From contig JBDOQK010000044.1 in NCBI GenBank assembly GCA_040437565.1, forward strand, positions 124,001 through 188,000: a DNA stretch of 64,000 nt, given 5' to 3'. The position numbers were made by a program, and so were the translations under genes. This document shows, one piece after another, positions 12,501-24,394 of this stretch (the stretch's first letter is position 1; each line of letters begins with the position of its first letter). The notes under the pieces were generated by a model that searched no databases, was not told where the DNA came from, and was given only the letters and a program-made list of their open reading frames with translations. Source of the DNA: Albugo candida (Eukaryota).

Positions 12501-14743
12501 ACGTCACTACCGATCATCGTATTGGGCGTTTTCGATATAGACATTCCATGGTCATTCAGTCAGCGATTTCCTGAAATGTATCGTGTGGGACCACGGATGG
12601 AGCTATTTAACACCAGTATCTTTTTCAAGTGGGTCGCGAGTGCTATTTATGAGGCTGCAGTGATTTGTACTGTGAGTCTGTATGGGTACAACGATGAGGG
12701 GGAAGCAATGGAGAGCGCAACGATGGTAGAGTATGGATTGATTACATTCACTCTAGTAGTTTTGGTGTGCAATGTGAAGCTTTGTCTTCTTCAAATGTCT
12801 TGGAATCTGCTATGGGCTGTTTGTTGGTGCCTCGGAGTTGTTTCGTTCCTTCCGATTTCGATTTATATTGCGAGTGCGCTCGTGAAGGCATTTCCAGATG
12901 ATCACGGGATTGCCGATAAAATGTTGTGGACGAGTGCCTTCTGGCTCGTGGTATGTCTTGGTATTTGTATTGCGTTGATAAGACATGCGTCATGGACCAT
13001 TTTTCAAAGACGGTTTTATCCTCTTTTATGGCAAATTGTACAGGAAAAATATGTTTTGGAGGTAAAGCGAAGCGTAANNNNNNNNNNNNNNNNNNNNNNN
13101 NNNNNNNNNNNNNNNNNNNNNNNNNNNNNNNNNNNNNNNNNNNNNNNNNNNNNNNNNNNNNNNNNNNNNNNNNNNNNATCGCATACGCGTGCCAGCTTGT
13201 GGATAACGAAATGCAGCAATATATATTCAATTGCGATCTATGTCCCACACCGGACACCCTTTTGAAGCGTTTGGCCGAAATGCAAACATCAGTTCGAACA
13301 GATACACACCGGAAAACACTTATCATTGACGGTGAGTGTTTGGAACTCGCATTTGGTAATGATGAGTGTCGCGAAATCTTTCAGCAAATTGCGATCCAAA
13401 GCGATGCGGTCGTATGCTGTCGTGTCTCACCGAGTCAGAAAGCCGAGATTGTGAATGTTGTTCGTACCACTCGCCCTCTGGCACGCACACTTGCGATTGG
13501 AGATGGTGCCAACGACGTCGCAATGATCCAACGAGCGCATGTAGGAGTGGGGATTTGTGGTCAGGAAGGAATGCAAGCGGTCAATTGCAGCGATTATGCG
13601 ATCGCTCAATTCGCGTTCTTGGAAAAACTGCTTCTTCATCACGGTCGACTCAATTACAAGCGCATGTCCGTTCTTGTGGGGTACATGTTTTATAAAAACA
13701 TTGTGATGGTATTAGCGCAGTATTTCTATATGTTTACATCGGGCGGCTCGGGACAAAAGTTTTATAGTGAATTTTACTTTCAATTATATAACTTGGCGTA
13801 TACGTCACTACCGATCATCGTATTGGGCGTTTTCGATATAGACATTCCATGGTCATTCAGTCAGCGATTTCCTGAAATGTATCGTGTGGGACCACGGATG
13901 GAGCTATTTAACACCAGTATCTTTTTCAAGTGGGTCGCGAGTGCTATTTATGAGGCTGCAGTGATTTGTACTGTGAGTCTGTATGGGTACAACGATGAGG
14001 GGGAAGCAATGGAGAGCGCAACGATGGTAGAGTATGGATTGATTACATTCACTCTAGTAGTTTTGGTGTGCAATGTGAAGCTTTGTCTTCTTCAAATGTC
14101 TTGGAATCTGCTATGGGCTGTTTGTTGGTGCCTCGGAGTTGTTTCGTTCCTTCCGATTTCGATTTATATTGCGAGTGCGCTCGTGAAGGCATTTCCAGAT
14201 GATCACGGGATTGCCGATAAAATGTTGTGGACGAGTGCCTTCTGGCTCGTGGTATGTCTTGGTATTTGTATTGCGTTGATAAGACATGCGTCATGGACCA
14301 TTTTTCAAAGACGGTTTTATCCTCTTTTATGGCAAATTGTACAGGAAAAATATGTTTTGGAGGTAAAGCGAAGCGTAAATCAGACATGCGATGCGAGTGA
14401 TGGTCAATATGTATCTTGTGAAGAGATAGAGACGGGACAGTCGCTCGGTATCATTAGCAGTCTCGTGGATGAGCGAATGAGTTTGGAAAATGCCGTTTCG
14501 GATAGTAGTGTGGTGGATGCGAGCAGGGTAGGGGACAACCGTGGGTATGCTTTTAGTTTCGATCCACGAACAACAATGGCTGAGTCGTACATGTCAACGC
14601 ACAGTGTTTCGTCGGGACAATCGGCAATTATGGACGCTGAAGAACGGAGTTGTGTGTCGTCTGAAGGTTCGCGAATGACAGATTTAAACGATGGTAGTTT
14701 AAGTGAAGAGGGAACTTTTGTGTATTGGGGTAAGGAAATGTAA
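9581..14743 (+). CDS. P4-type ATPase (phospholipid flippase); intron 9749-9809; segment 11877-13077 is falsely duplicated across an N gap
   Basis: [24 protein letters not shown] (DGET), [10 protein letters not shown], phosphorylation motif [42 protein letters not shown]-like YMFYKN and C-terminal transmembrane helices. Confidence 0.96.
13078..13177. other. 100-N scaffold gap (others at 21627, 27232, 50142, 51658, 53080, 53562, 59649, 61087, 62412)
   Basis: Ten runs of exactly 100 N. Seven have the same sequence on both sides, indicating unmerged overlapping contigs. Confidence 0.97.
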
Positions 14744-14871
14744 AGGATTGTTTTGTGTAAAATATCAGGTACTGTATTTTATTGCATAAAAAGTAACGGA
14801 TAGGCGACAATATCGTCGGCAAAGGACGTACATTTTGGGGAGAAGACGTGACGAGGACCACAAAACGTGAT

Positions 14872-15432
14872 TTATAAGCATACCAGAGCAAATGCGATGG
14901 AAAATATAATATGCATGACGTATACACTTGCGTAAGCAATATTGCCGCTGGAAATATCACCGGAGGATGAGGTACTAGAATCTTTAAAAGAGCCACTTGA
15001 CTTTTGGCTCTGTTTTTTCAATCGGAATGTTTGTAGGTCCGTTTTGCTCGCTACACATTTGTACGTGTTGTCTCTTGAATCCAATACACATAACGAGTCA
15101 TTGAGTAATTGAATTCCTGTCGATTGGCAGGGTTTCGCACCGGTACGCGGGCATTCGCCACGTTCTTTCCGATTCACATTACCGCACTTGTATGAGGTTG
15201 TCGCACCGGGTAACAGGCAGTAATCCGCGGCACCCAAAAGCGATACTTTGCTATCATTCGAACATTTGCATGCGTACCCTGATTCTTCGCTTGAATTTGA
15301 TGACGACGAACCGCTGTCAGATGCATCAAAATCGAGTGCTGGCATTTGAGCGGAGATTGCGGACAATGTAGAGTGTGACGGAACCAAGCGTTCTGTGTTA
15401 ATCATGCATAGAAACCAAACAAATGTCTTCAT
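14872..15432 (-). CDS. Small Cys-rich putative secreted/surface protein with Ser-rich linkers and a C-terminal hydrophobic (GPI-signal or TM) tail
   Basis: Hydrophobic N-terminus, Ser-rich stretch, an 8-Cys domain, a Ser/Gly spacer and the hydrophobic C-terminus IAYASVYVMHIIFSIAFALVCL. Confidence 0.65.
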   Translation of the reverse strand: MKTFVWFLCMINTERLVPSHSTLSAISAQMPALDFDASDSGSSSSNSSEESGYACKCSNDSKVSLLGAADYCLLPGATTSYKCGNVNRKERGECPRTGAKPCQSTGIQLLNDSLCVLDSRDNTYKCVASKTDLQTFRLKKQSQKSSGSFKDSSTSSSGDISSGNIAYASVYVMHIIFSIAFALVCL

Positions 15433-16310
15433 TGCTCAAAGTATGCAGATCAACGATTAAAAGTGCAAATTGGAAAATAGCTTAAAAAAAGTAATTCAGA
15501 AGTGTTTCCAGTCGATTGCCATGAAACTGAAGCTTCTGCAAAAATACATCGCGTAGCGACTATTTTGGAAGGTATCCTTTTTTGGCGTGTGAAACGACAT
15601 GCGGGACATAAACTAGGTCTAGGATCGTGTGGAAAACTAGGTCCGTCATCGAAATTTACATTTGTATGTAACTGTTAACTCGTGAGACTTCACGGTCGCG
15701 ACATGTACCCGTACATGGCGCATATTCCGCTAGGAATCAAGTGTAACGATTTTTATCCGTTCTGATTCGCTCGCTGCGACAAAATTACCACGTATTTCGC
15801 ATTGCAAAACTGCATACACTTGGCAAGATATTACTACACCAACAACTGAGTCTCATTTGTACCCTAGCTCTTACTGTGACCCTCCTATTTCCGTCCGCGA
15901 CCCTAGTGAAAGAGCAACACCTTACGTAGTATCTAAGTCAACACAAATGTCGCATCACGCATGATTGTAACTGTTCATACAGCAAGACGTATTCTACTCA
16001 AATGCGACATTAAAAGCAGTGAGAACTGGATAAAGCACCTTTGTCTTATGACCGCAGCCTGGAATTGCTATTTTCAGATTTCATCAACATTCAAAAAGCT
16101 AGACCAAGCTCGACGTTGTACCTATCAAGACTTATTACGAGATCACGAACGCTTTATAATTTTGCGTAATCTTACCGACAATCCATAGAGCCACAGACGG
16201 AGGTGGTTACACAAGTATTCAGTCCAGCTACCGAGAAAACGATATTTTTCTCAATTCTTCCAGGAATTCAATTCAGATTACATTAGTCAGCGTTTATTCT
16301 GCAGCTAAGC

Positions 16311-18429
16311 ATGCCGCTGGAAGACGAGCGCTCTCGAATGGAGAGGCTGTTGCAGCAAATTGTGTGCGAAGAGCAGCAACAGATGCTCCGACTCGGTTTC
16401 ATTGAAGCTTTCATTCCCAATGTAGACAGTCCCGCACGATGCAACATATTCTTGAGTGCGAATTGGCACATTTGTGAGCGTTTATTACTTGTGATCGCCA
16501 GCGGAAACGGTATACAGCCGGGAATTTGGAGTCGTTCATTGGTGTTGGAGGCTGATACAGCATCCAATCAGTATCGTTCAGGATCCATGTACAGTCTATT
16601 GATTGGCTACTGATTTGTTTCGTCAACTTACTCGGCTTTGTGTAATTAGGCTTCCGTATCTGCATACTGCCCTTACCGCGGGGTTCGGTGTAATCGTCTT
16701 GAACCCAAACACAAATTCAGTTTTTCTAAACAATGAAAAGATATTAATTCCATCTTCGGAAAACCCCGATCAACACGTCCAGTACGTATGGGAGACGTTC
16801 GGCACACGTTCTGCATGTTCGCAAGTGTATATTGCTGCGTATGGTCGTGGAGGTATACTTGCTAAACACCTCCTCGATGCACAACCAATACTTTGCACCA
16901 AAACCGCTGCAATTGCATTTGTCGAATCAAGTCATCACATAGAGAGCACTGATTCTGAACAAGTTCGCACTTTATTGAAAAGTCGTGGTATTAACTGGCA
17001 GCGCTCCAGGCACGCGCCCGGGACTCAGCTTGCGACAACTGAGCAGCTTGGATGCTTGAGTTTGTCAGCGGGCGAACCTGATCGAAAGAAAGCGACTAGT
17101 ACCAATACGGCATGGACCATATCCGCAAGCATGGGCACCGTCTTTGCTTTTTTTGAAAGCGCTCGTAATTTTGCTGCAGAGGCCGAACTGAAAAGCGAAA
17201 TGGATGCAATTTCACAGCATGAAGCGGTACCTGAAGCACATGAGGAGGATGCGGAGATGATTGCACACCAAGAAGATATATTGGAGGTAAGGTACAATGG
17301 GGCGAGACGATCTTCACGTGCGCGTAGCATGATCGTCTCGACTAGTATGAGCGTCTCAGATTTCGAACTGCTGGCTGTCGTCGGCAAGGGGGCGTATGGC
17401 AAAGTCTATCTTGCAAAAAAAAAATATGGAAGGAATGCTGGGAGGTTTTATGCAATGAAAGTGTCACGCAAGGAAGACGTTTTCGAGAAGAAACAAGTCG
17501 AACACGCTAAATTAGAACAACGTATCCTTAAAGCAATCGAGCATCCGTTTATCGTACGGTTACGTTACGCTTTTCAGAACGAGCACAAACTATATTTGCT
17601 GATGGACTATTATTGTGGTGGATCACTGTACACACAATTACGAAAACGCGAACGATTTGATATCGCTCAAGCAAGATTCTACGCGGCGGAGTTGGCATTG
17701 GCGTTGACCCACTTGCATGATATGCGTATTATGTATCGCGATATCAAGCTGGAAAACATTCTTATGGACAGTGAGGGACACATTGCTATTACAGATTTTG
17801 GGCTTTGTAAAGATGACGTACAGGGGTTTACTTTTGTTGGAACAGCAGAATACCTGGCGCCAGAGTTACTATGCAGTCAGCGAACAGCTACTTCATATGG
17901 AAAGTCGGTCGACTGGTGGGGCTATGGTGTCCTAATTTACGAGATGATACGAGGACAAACACCATTTTGGGATAGCAATCGTCGTCAAATGTTTCAAAAA
18001 ATATTAATGAAGGAACCAGAATTTCCGCCTGAATTATTCTCTGATGTAGTGATTGATTTTCTCAAGCGTTTATTGGTCAAAAATCCTTTAGGTCGACTCG
18101 GTTGTCGCGACCCTCTCGGCGGACCAGCGGAATTATTGAGTCATCCTTGGTTTTATGGAATCGATTGGCAAGCATTGCTTGATAGAAAAGTAGAACCACC
18201 AGTTCGACCAGTAGCGTTTCAAGGTCAGGCTGTTTCAAACGTACCAGCGATGGCAGAGTCTCCTACTTCATGCGGTAAACTTAGTCCAGATGGGTCCATG
18301 CATTTTGAAGGATACAGTTATCGAGGAAGCGATGTGTTAACAGGATCACGAGCGCCTTCCTATATAACCGAAAGTGATTTGCGAATGGATTTAGGAGACT
18401 GGGCCATCGATACAACAAAGACAAGTTGA
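16311..18429 (+). CDS. Arb2/FAM172-like domain fused to an AGC-family Ser/Thr kinase (intron 16589-16649; further 5' exons possible)
   Basis: N-terminal part: IFLS..LLLVIASGNGIQPGIWSRSL..SGSM/LPYL..GFGVIVLNPN..PDQHVQYVWETF..AIAFVESSH (FAM172/Arb2 pattern). C-terminal part: GKGAYGKV, YAMK, HPFIVRL, YRDIKLEN, DFG, TFVGTAEYLAPE, VDWWGYG, and a hydrophobic-motif-like FEGYSY. Confidence 0.85.
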
Positions 18430-18465
18430 AACTAGTCAATCCGAAGAATAAGTTTGTTCAAGTTA

Positions 18466-18897
18466 TTACTGAGTTATCCTCAGTCCCATAGATTTCGCTG
18501 AGCCAATAATACTCTTACATAGTGACGGTAGATCCATATAATCCAAATTTTCATCAGTTTGTTTGATTTTTGCAATTTCGTAAATTTGTCGCAATTTTAT
18601 GTTCCCAACATAAACTTCTCCCGGAGTTGCACTGCCACTCGTAATCCCTGCGCATTTTTTCAGAAACCACGTTGTCGGCGGTGTTTTGATTTGAAATTCA
18701 AATGTCCGATCTGCAAATGCTGTCAATGTCACTGGAGTTGGCACGTCAGCAAGCAAATGCGCGGTACGGTCATTGAAAGACTTGCAAAATTCCATCATAT
18801 TGACTCCCAGTGGACCAAGAGCTTGCCCGATGGCAGGCGATGGACTCGCTTTTCCTGCTGCGACACGAAGCCGAACGACACCTTTAACCGCTGCCAT
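18466..18897 (-). CDS. MRPL11: Mitochondrial (bacterial-type) ribosomal protein uL11m
   Basis: VRLRVAAGKASPSPAIGQALGPLGVNMMEFCKSFN, FQIKTPPTTWFLKK and IIGSAKSMGL are uL11 signatures. Confidence 0.95.
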   Translation of the reverse strand: MAAVKGVVRLRVAAGKASPSPAIGQALGPLGVNMMEFCKSFNDRTAHLLADVPTPVTLTAFADRTFEFQIKTPPTTWFLKKCAGITSGSATPGEVYVGNIKLRQIYEIAKIKQTDENLDYMDLPSLCKSIIGSAKSMGLRITQ

Positions 18898-18964
18898 TCG
18901 AAATGTGCAATATACCCTGAATAAGGTTACCGCCCACTATTAAGTAAGTGATTTGATCTCAACG

Positions 18965-20016
18965 ATGCCACCGATTCCATTGTTTATAGCAAGACAATTC
19001 TCTCCAAAACAGCTTGCCATCGTGCGTAAAGCAGCATACGCAGTGAATCGTCGGATCTGGTATCTCAACTTGCTCCTTTTTTCTCTTATTCTGTACACGA
19101 CTTATTACTTACCATACAAATACGTTCGCGTGCAAGGCCCGTACGTAATTTACTTAATCTTTTCATATATTGCACCGTATTATATATCTTTGGTGTGTCA
19201 AAGATGTGAATCCAACTGGATCCAGCTGAATAAAGACGGGAGTGCATCCCAACAAGGGACAATCTGCTGCAGCGACGATGTCTCATCACTTAACCCATGC
19301 TATCGTGGAATGGAGTTCTCTAAAATAGCAGTGAGCGCAAAGGTATAGCTTTGCAATCCAAAATTGTGACTTCTACAGCTTTATATCATATATAGGGGGC
19401 GTGGGTACTTCCATTCATTCCACTTATTCTCAATTATATCAGCGTTATTCTCGGCCCGAATCCATCACTGGAACATATCCGCGTCCTTACACGACGTTCG
19501 TTGCTGTATGGTGGTATTATGCTTTTCCGATTGGTGGTTTTGTACAAGCTTTTCAATGGAATTGAAAAATATGTCATGCAACTTATTTTCCCTAATCACA
19601 ATTCACAAAGCAGTTGCTGGTACAAATCTCTTCGTCGTAATCAAAAATGCGTCGAACAATTCGACTTTTCCGATCATTTGGTCCTCCTTGTGACCCATTA
19701 CATTGCCATTCCATTGTTTGAATGGTTTGCGCTTGCAATTGAATACCCCAGAAATGGGTACACCAACTTGCGCTCAGTTATATTACGTCTATCGGTTTTC
19801 ATGGAGTTGACCATTGCCGTCTATTTGGTGTACAACACCACCAAATACTTTCACACTCCGATGGAAAATCTGATAGCTTTGGTTTTGACCGAGGCATGCG
19901 TTTTATACCCGTTATATTTACTTTCACAAGATCAGCTTGCGAATTTTTTGACGAAACAGCAAATTTTATGGTTGCAGCTGCGCTGGTTTGTCTCGCCACC
20001 GTCGAATTATAAGTAG
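18965..20016 (+). CDS. FIT/Scs3-like multi-pass membrane protein (introns 19141-19203, 19343-19395)
   Basis: Three exons splice in frame. It has several TM segments and the motifs FDFSDHLVLL and YFHTPMEN, resembling the FIT-family FDISGH and YFHTxxEK catalytic-His motifs. Confidence 0.65.
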
Positions 20017-20084
20017 GCTTTTGTCGTAATCCGTGACTATCAGTGATAAATATTATAACCTTGATCACTATTTCTACTTGAAGT

Positions 20085-21263
20085 TTATACCAGTCGAAAT
20101 ATAGGACCGATGCAATACAGCTCCCACTGAAGAATAGAAAATAACACATCCATAGCATATGACCGAGCAAAGGCTTCAGTTGCATCGCCAAAGTTTCCCG
20201 AATAACAAACCATACACTCATCTGATTCGTCTATATTCCACCTAGACGTGACATGATTGGTCATTGATGAGATTGAAAGCCGCATGCTCATGTACGTTTG
20301 CAGATACATTCGATTATCCTCTTTGAAAACGGCTTTCACATCAAAACAACGCGGAAGCAGTGTTCGATGCCCGATGAAGCACCCATCAGCGAGTCGGATA
20401 CGGATAGCAATCAGGATGGAACAGATCAAAACGTCATCGCTTGATGACCTGAAGTTGCGAGCATAGATATAAACGTCCTCGTTAATTTGCCTTACAAACT
20501 TGATTTCATTCTGACGGGCAAAGAATTTCTTCCACTGATTCGTATTTCCCGCTGCATTCCACACATTTGCTAAAATAGAACTACAACACCGCCCTTTGAA
20601 AGGTTTCGTCATTGTAAAGTCCACCCACGAGCCTGTTATGCGCTGCTGTTTTGTCCACCCGCAAATCGATGTCGATGAGCGAGAACGCATATCGTCTAGC
20701 GACGGAACATTGCGCAGAATCTCACGGTATGATTCTTGAATAAGTTGATGATCATGACTCGCAGATAATAGCTCTGGTAGAAATGGTTCCACGTAATAGA
20801 TCCATGCAAACTCTCTCGTATGTGAAGCCGATCTGACCAGCAGCAATTCTCTTAGCAAATCCTCCATTGATGCGCTCGCAAGACGATTTTGGCACAATTC
20901 TTGTTCTAGCGATGCATTTTCGCGTTCTAATCGAGCTTTTTCTTTATACACATTTGTATACGCCTGAAAAAGAAATGCGCGACGACCGTGAGATGCCGGT
21001 ATACGTCTTTCTTGTTTATTGGCTGCACCTGATTCTGTATCTGATTCTGATATCGCTTTGATTTCCCGCAAATTTTGCAAATTCTGCTCCAATTTCGTCA
21101 CTAACTTTTGAGTACTGACCTGCTCCAACTTTCTCCGCCGTCGAGAGCGACGCATAGCAAGTCGGTTTCTCTGTCGTCGCATCTCCAGTTGCCGCTTATC
21201 CTTACTATCATTTGACGCAATTTGGTTCTCGACTTCTTTTACAATGAGTTTGGTGTGCATCAT
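20085..21263 (-). CDS. bZIP-like transcription factor with a C-terminal (possibly START-like) domain, oomycete-type
   Basis: Basic region RRQRNRLAMRRSRRRRK followed by the leucine heptads LVTKLEQNLQNL and a second coiled coil. The ORF is intact at 392 aa. Confidence 0.7.
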   Translation of the reverse strand: MMHTKLIVKEVENQIASNDSKDKRQLEMRRQRNRLAMRRSRRRRKLEQVSTQKLVTKLEQNLQNLREIKAISESDTESGAANKQERRIPASHGRRAFLFQAYTNVYKEKARLERENASLEQELCQNRLASASMEDLLRELLLVRSASHTREFAWIYYVEPFLPELLSASHDHQLIQESYREILRNVPSLDDMRSRSSTSICGWTKQQRITGSWVDFTMTKPFKGRCCSSILANVWNAAGNTNQWKKFFARQNEIKFVRQINEDVYIYARNFRSSSDDVLICSILIAIRIRLADGCFIGHRTLLPRCFDVKAVFKEDNRMYLQTYMSMRLSISSMTNHVTSRWNIDESDECMVCYSGNFGDATEAFARSYAMDVLFSILQWELYCIGPIFRLV

Positions 21264-22259
21264 TACTTAAGCGAGTAATTGAGTCGGAGTAATTACGGGA
21301 TGGGGCCACTTTTTGATTAATTAAATCTGAGAGGGACTACTATTTTTTAGGTACGGTAGCAAAGCGCACTGTATGCGCGCCTTAGAAGGCAGCAAATGAC
21401 AGTGCAGAGCAACTCGACCACGGCGGATTTGATGGTGACCACGACTTCCATGTCACGCATATTGAATGCATAATCTCTCGCCTTAATGAGCTGAAGTCAC
21501 TTCTGATCAGATAACTTCTCCCAAGACCTCACATGTCGCATTTTCGCCTTTACCACAAAATTTGCACCTCATACTTTCGCACGTAAGTCAGCAAAAATTT
21601 ACTGCTCTATATGAATAGAGCGTCATNNNNNNNNNNNNNNNNNNNNNNNNNNNNNNNNNNNNNNNNNNNNNNNNNNNNNNNNNNNNNNNNNNNNNNNNNN
21701 NNNNNNNNNNNNNNNNNNNNNNNNNNATGGTGACCACGACTTCCATGTCACGCATATTGAATGCATAATCTCTCGCCTTAATGAGCTGAAGTCACTTCTG
21801 ATCAGATAACTTCTCCCAAGACCTCACATGTCGCATTTTCGCCTTTACCACAAAATTTGCACCTCATACTTTCGCACGTAAGTCAGCAAAAATTTACTGC
21901 TCTATATGAATAGAGCGTCATCATTGTGTCGCGAGGTAGCAACCTGAAGCATAGGGAAGCGTATCAGTATACTGTCGTACTTGCAACCAACGCAACAGAA
22001 GGCGCTCTCCCAATTTTGAGCCGTTAGCCCTTCTCCAATAACCTCCACAACGACATATAACCTTAGTTTTCCATCGGTTACACCCCTTGCATGTTGTGTA
22101 TAATAACCCAGCCACTGCATCTATTTATAAACCCATAACCTTTCCCTTTTTCCTTTCTTTTCCCTTCCCTCACTCCCTCTCCGCCGTCCAAAACGAACAA
22201 AAACCACAAAATTGTTTAGTTTTCTATTTCTCCTCAACGCAACAAGTCGAAAACTAAAA

Positions 22260-23390
22260 ATGACAGATGAAGAAGTTCACCCCTTAGTCGTAGATAATGG
22301 ATCCGGAATGTGCAAAGCCGGTTTCGCAGGTGATGACGCCCCTCGTGCCGTCTTCCCGTCCATTGTTGGGCGATCCAAACACACAGGAGTGATGGTCGGG
22401 ATGGACCAGAAGGATTGTTACGTAGGTGACGAAGCGCAATCCAAACGTGGTGTGTTGACACTCAAATATCCGATCGAACACGGGATCGTCACTAACTGGA
22501 ATGACATGGAGAAGATTTGGCACCACACATTTTACAATGAATTACGTGTTGCTCCTGAAGAGCATCCAGTGCTCTTAACAGAAGCCCCATTGAACCCAAA
22601 AGGAAATCGTGAGCGAATGTGTCAAATTATGATGGAAACATTTTGCTGTCCGGCTATGTACGTCAACATTCAAGCAGTCTTGTCATTGTATGCATCGGGA
22701 CGTACGACAGGATGTGTACTGGATTCTGGTGATGGTGTGTCCCACACTGTTCCTATCTATGAAGGATATGCGCTTCCACACGCGATTGTGCGTTTGGATT
22801 TGGCTGGACGAGACCTAACAGACTATTTGATGAAGATTCTTACTGAACGCGGGTATTCTTTCACCACCACGGCAGAACGAGAAATTGTTCGTGACGTGAA
22901 GGAAAAACTTACATATGTTGCATTGGACTTTGAGCAAGAGATGAAGACTGCTTCAGAATGCTCAGGATTGGAAAAGAGTTACGAATTACCTGATGGTCAC
23001 GTTATCTCTCTTGGAAATGAACGATTCCGTGCAGCTGAAGTACTGTTTCAACCGGCTCTGATCGGAAAAGAAGCTTCGGGTGTCCACGACTGTACCTTCC
23101 AAACTATTATGAAGTGTGATGTCGATATTCGTAAAGACCTATACTGTAACATCGTCTTGTCAGGAGGAACCACGATGTTTCCTGGAATTGGTGAGCGTAT
23201 GACCAAAGAATTGACGGCTCTAGCGCCCTCAACCATGAAGATCAAAGTTGTCGCTCCTCCAGAGCGTAAATACTCAGTCTGGATTGGTGGCTCCATCTTA
23301 TCATCATTATCGACATTCCAACAAATGTGGATCTCCAAGGCAGAATACGATGAATCCGGTCCGTCCATTGTTCACCGCAAATGTTTCTAA
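22260..23390 (+). CDS. ACT: Actin (intronless, somewhat divergent isoform)
   Basis: [38 protein letters not shown]...[20 protein letters not shown], 376 aa. Confidence 0.99.
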
Positions 23391-23590
23391 CTGTTTGGTA
23401 GAACTTTCTTTTTCGGCTTTTGTAAACGATTTGAACATCTCGAGGCTTTGGTGCTTCGGTGTTTTCTATCAACTTCTTAATACATTTGTACTTTTGTGCG
23501 ATTCAGTGTTATTACTCTATTTCACTTCTGCTCTAACTCCTTGTTATCTCTTCTCTAGCTTTCGTATTCTACAACTATCTCCTACGTCTG

Positions 23591-24391
23591 TTAAAGCGCA
23601 ATGCTAACAGGTCCAATGTCCACGCTAACGCCAATATTGAATGGGCAATGTGTGCGCAACAAATGGATTAGTGTCGTGTACACTAGAAAATTGATGAAAG
23701 AACAAATTGCCTCATCCAACACATTCTCGAGCTTCTGTGTGATCTTATCCTTTAGCCGTTCCGGCAACTTCTTTGCATTTGGCGATCCTAGGTTAGTGGC
23801 CGCCATTGGTAGAAAAGAAGTCGCATTTCCCGATGTTATTGTCGCACTCGATTTGTCGTCAAACGAAGTGGTACGGCGTATAACTTTGGTCCTTGTTGAA
23901 TGCGCTGAGTAGTCCTGTAATGAGTGGCATCGACGATGGCGGAAATTGCTCTCCATAAACAGCGAACTAATTTTTTTTCTCTTTTTACAATTTCCTTCCA
24001 ACATATCAAAATCAAATATTGATTCACGTGCTCGCTTTCTCCGCAAACGCGGCGCTGACTGCTGATACAAAGATTTCTTAGCTTTCTCCTCTAGTCGAGA
24101 CACTTTTATCGTGTGTGACACATTAAAACTGCGTGCACTCCAAAATATCTGTGCACATTGCAGAAGCGCAGCTCCATTGCAAGCTCCTGTGAAAACCACC
24201 CACATGATCCAAATCGGGCTGTATATTATTAGTTCGCTCGGCATTTGTTCGGTGTACTGTGCTGAAAGATGAAAAGTGAGTGCTGGGAGGTATTCCATGC
24301 GCGAGGTGTCATTTTCTGCGATTACTGCAAATGGATTGGTAAATATAAGTTCATATTCTTCAAAATCTACTTTATAATTGGCTACAAACAT
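23591..24391 (-). CDS. Hypothetical protein (basic/Ser-rich middle, hydrophobic C-terminus); true start uncertain
   Basis: 266-codon ORF in a gene-dense block with no recognised domain. Confidence 0.5.
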   Translation of the reverse strand: MFVANYKVDFEEYELIFTNPFAVIAENDTSRMEYLPALTFHLSAQYTEQMPSELIIYSPIWIMWVVFTGACNGAALLQCAQIFWSARSFNVSHTIKVSRLEEKAKKSLYQQSAPRLRRKRARESIFDFDMLEGNCKKRKKISSLFMESNFRHRRCHSLQDYSAHSTRTKVIRRTTSFDDKSSATITSGNATSFLPMAATNLGSPNAKKLPERLKDKITQKLENVLDEAICSFINFLVYTTLIHLLRTHCPFNIGVSVDIGPVSIAL

Positions 24392-24394
24392 CCA

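Noticed and set aside
11877-14378. Apparent 1.2-kb tandem duplication within the P4-ATPase, or two flippase genes
   Set aside because: The copies look identical and abut a 100-N gap, indicating an unmerged contig overlap. It is one gene.
15961-16188. Possible PH-like or further Arb2 5' exon of the kinase gene
   Set aside because: The resemblance is weak and I could not establish a consistent splice path. Left unresolved.
18466-18897. Bacterial rplK as horizontal transfer or contamination
   Set aside because: It is embedded among intron-containing eukaryotic genes, and nuclear-encoded mitochondrial uL11m is the ordinary explanation.
21433-21920. ~195-bp direct repeat upstream of actin
   Set aside because: Identical sequence on both sides of an N gap. 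The same artefact occurs at 27070-27492, 49681-50662, 52918-53340, 59632-59766 and 60490-61783.
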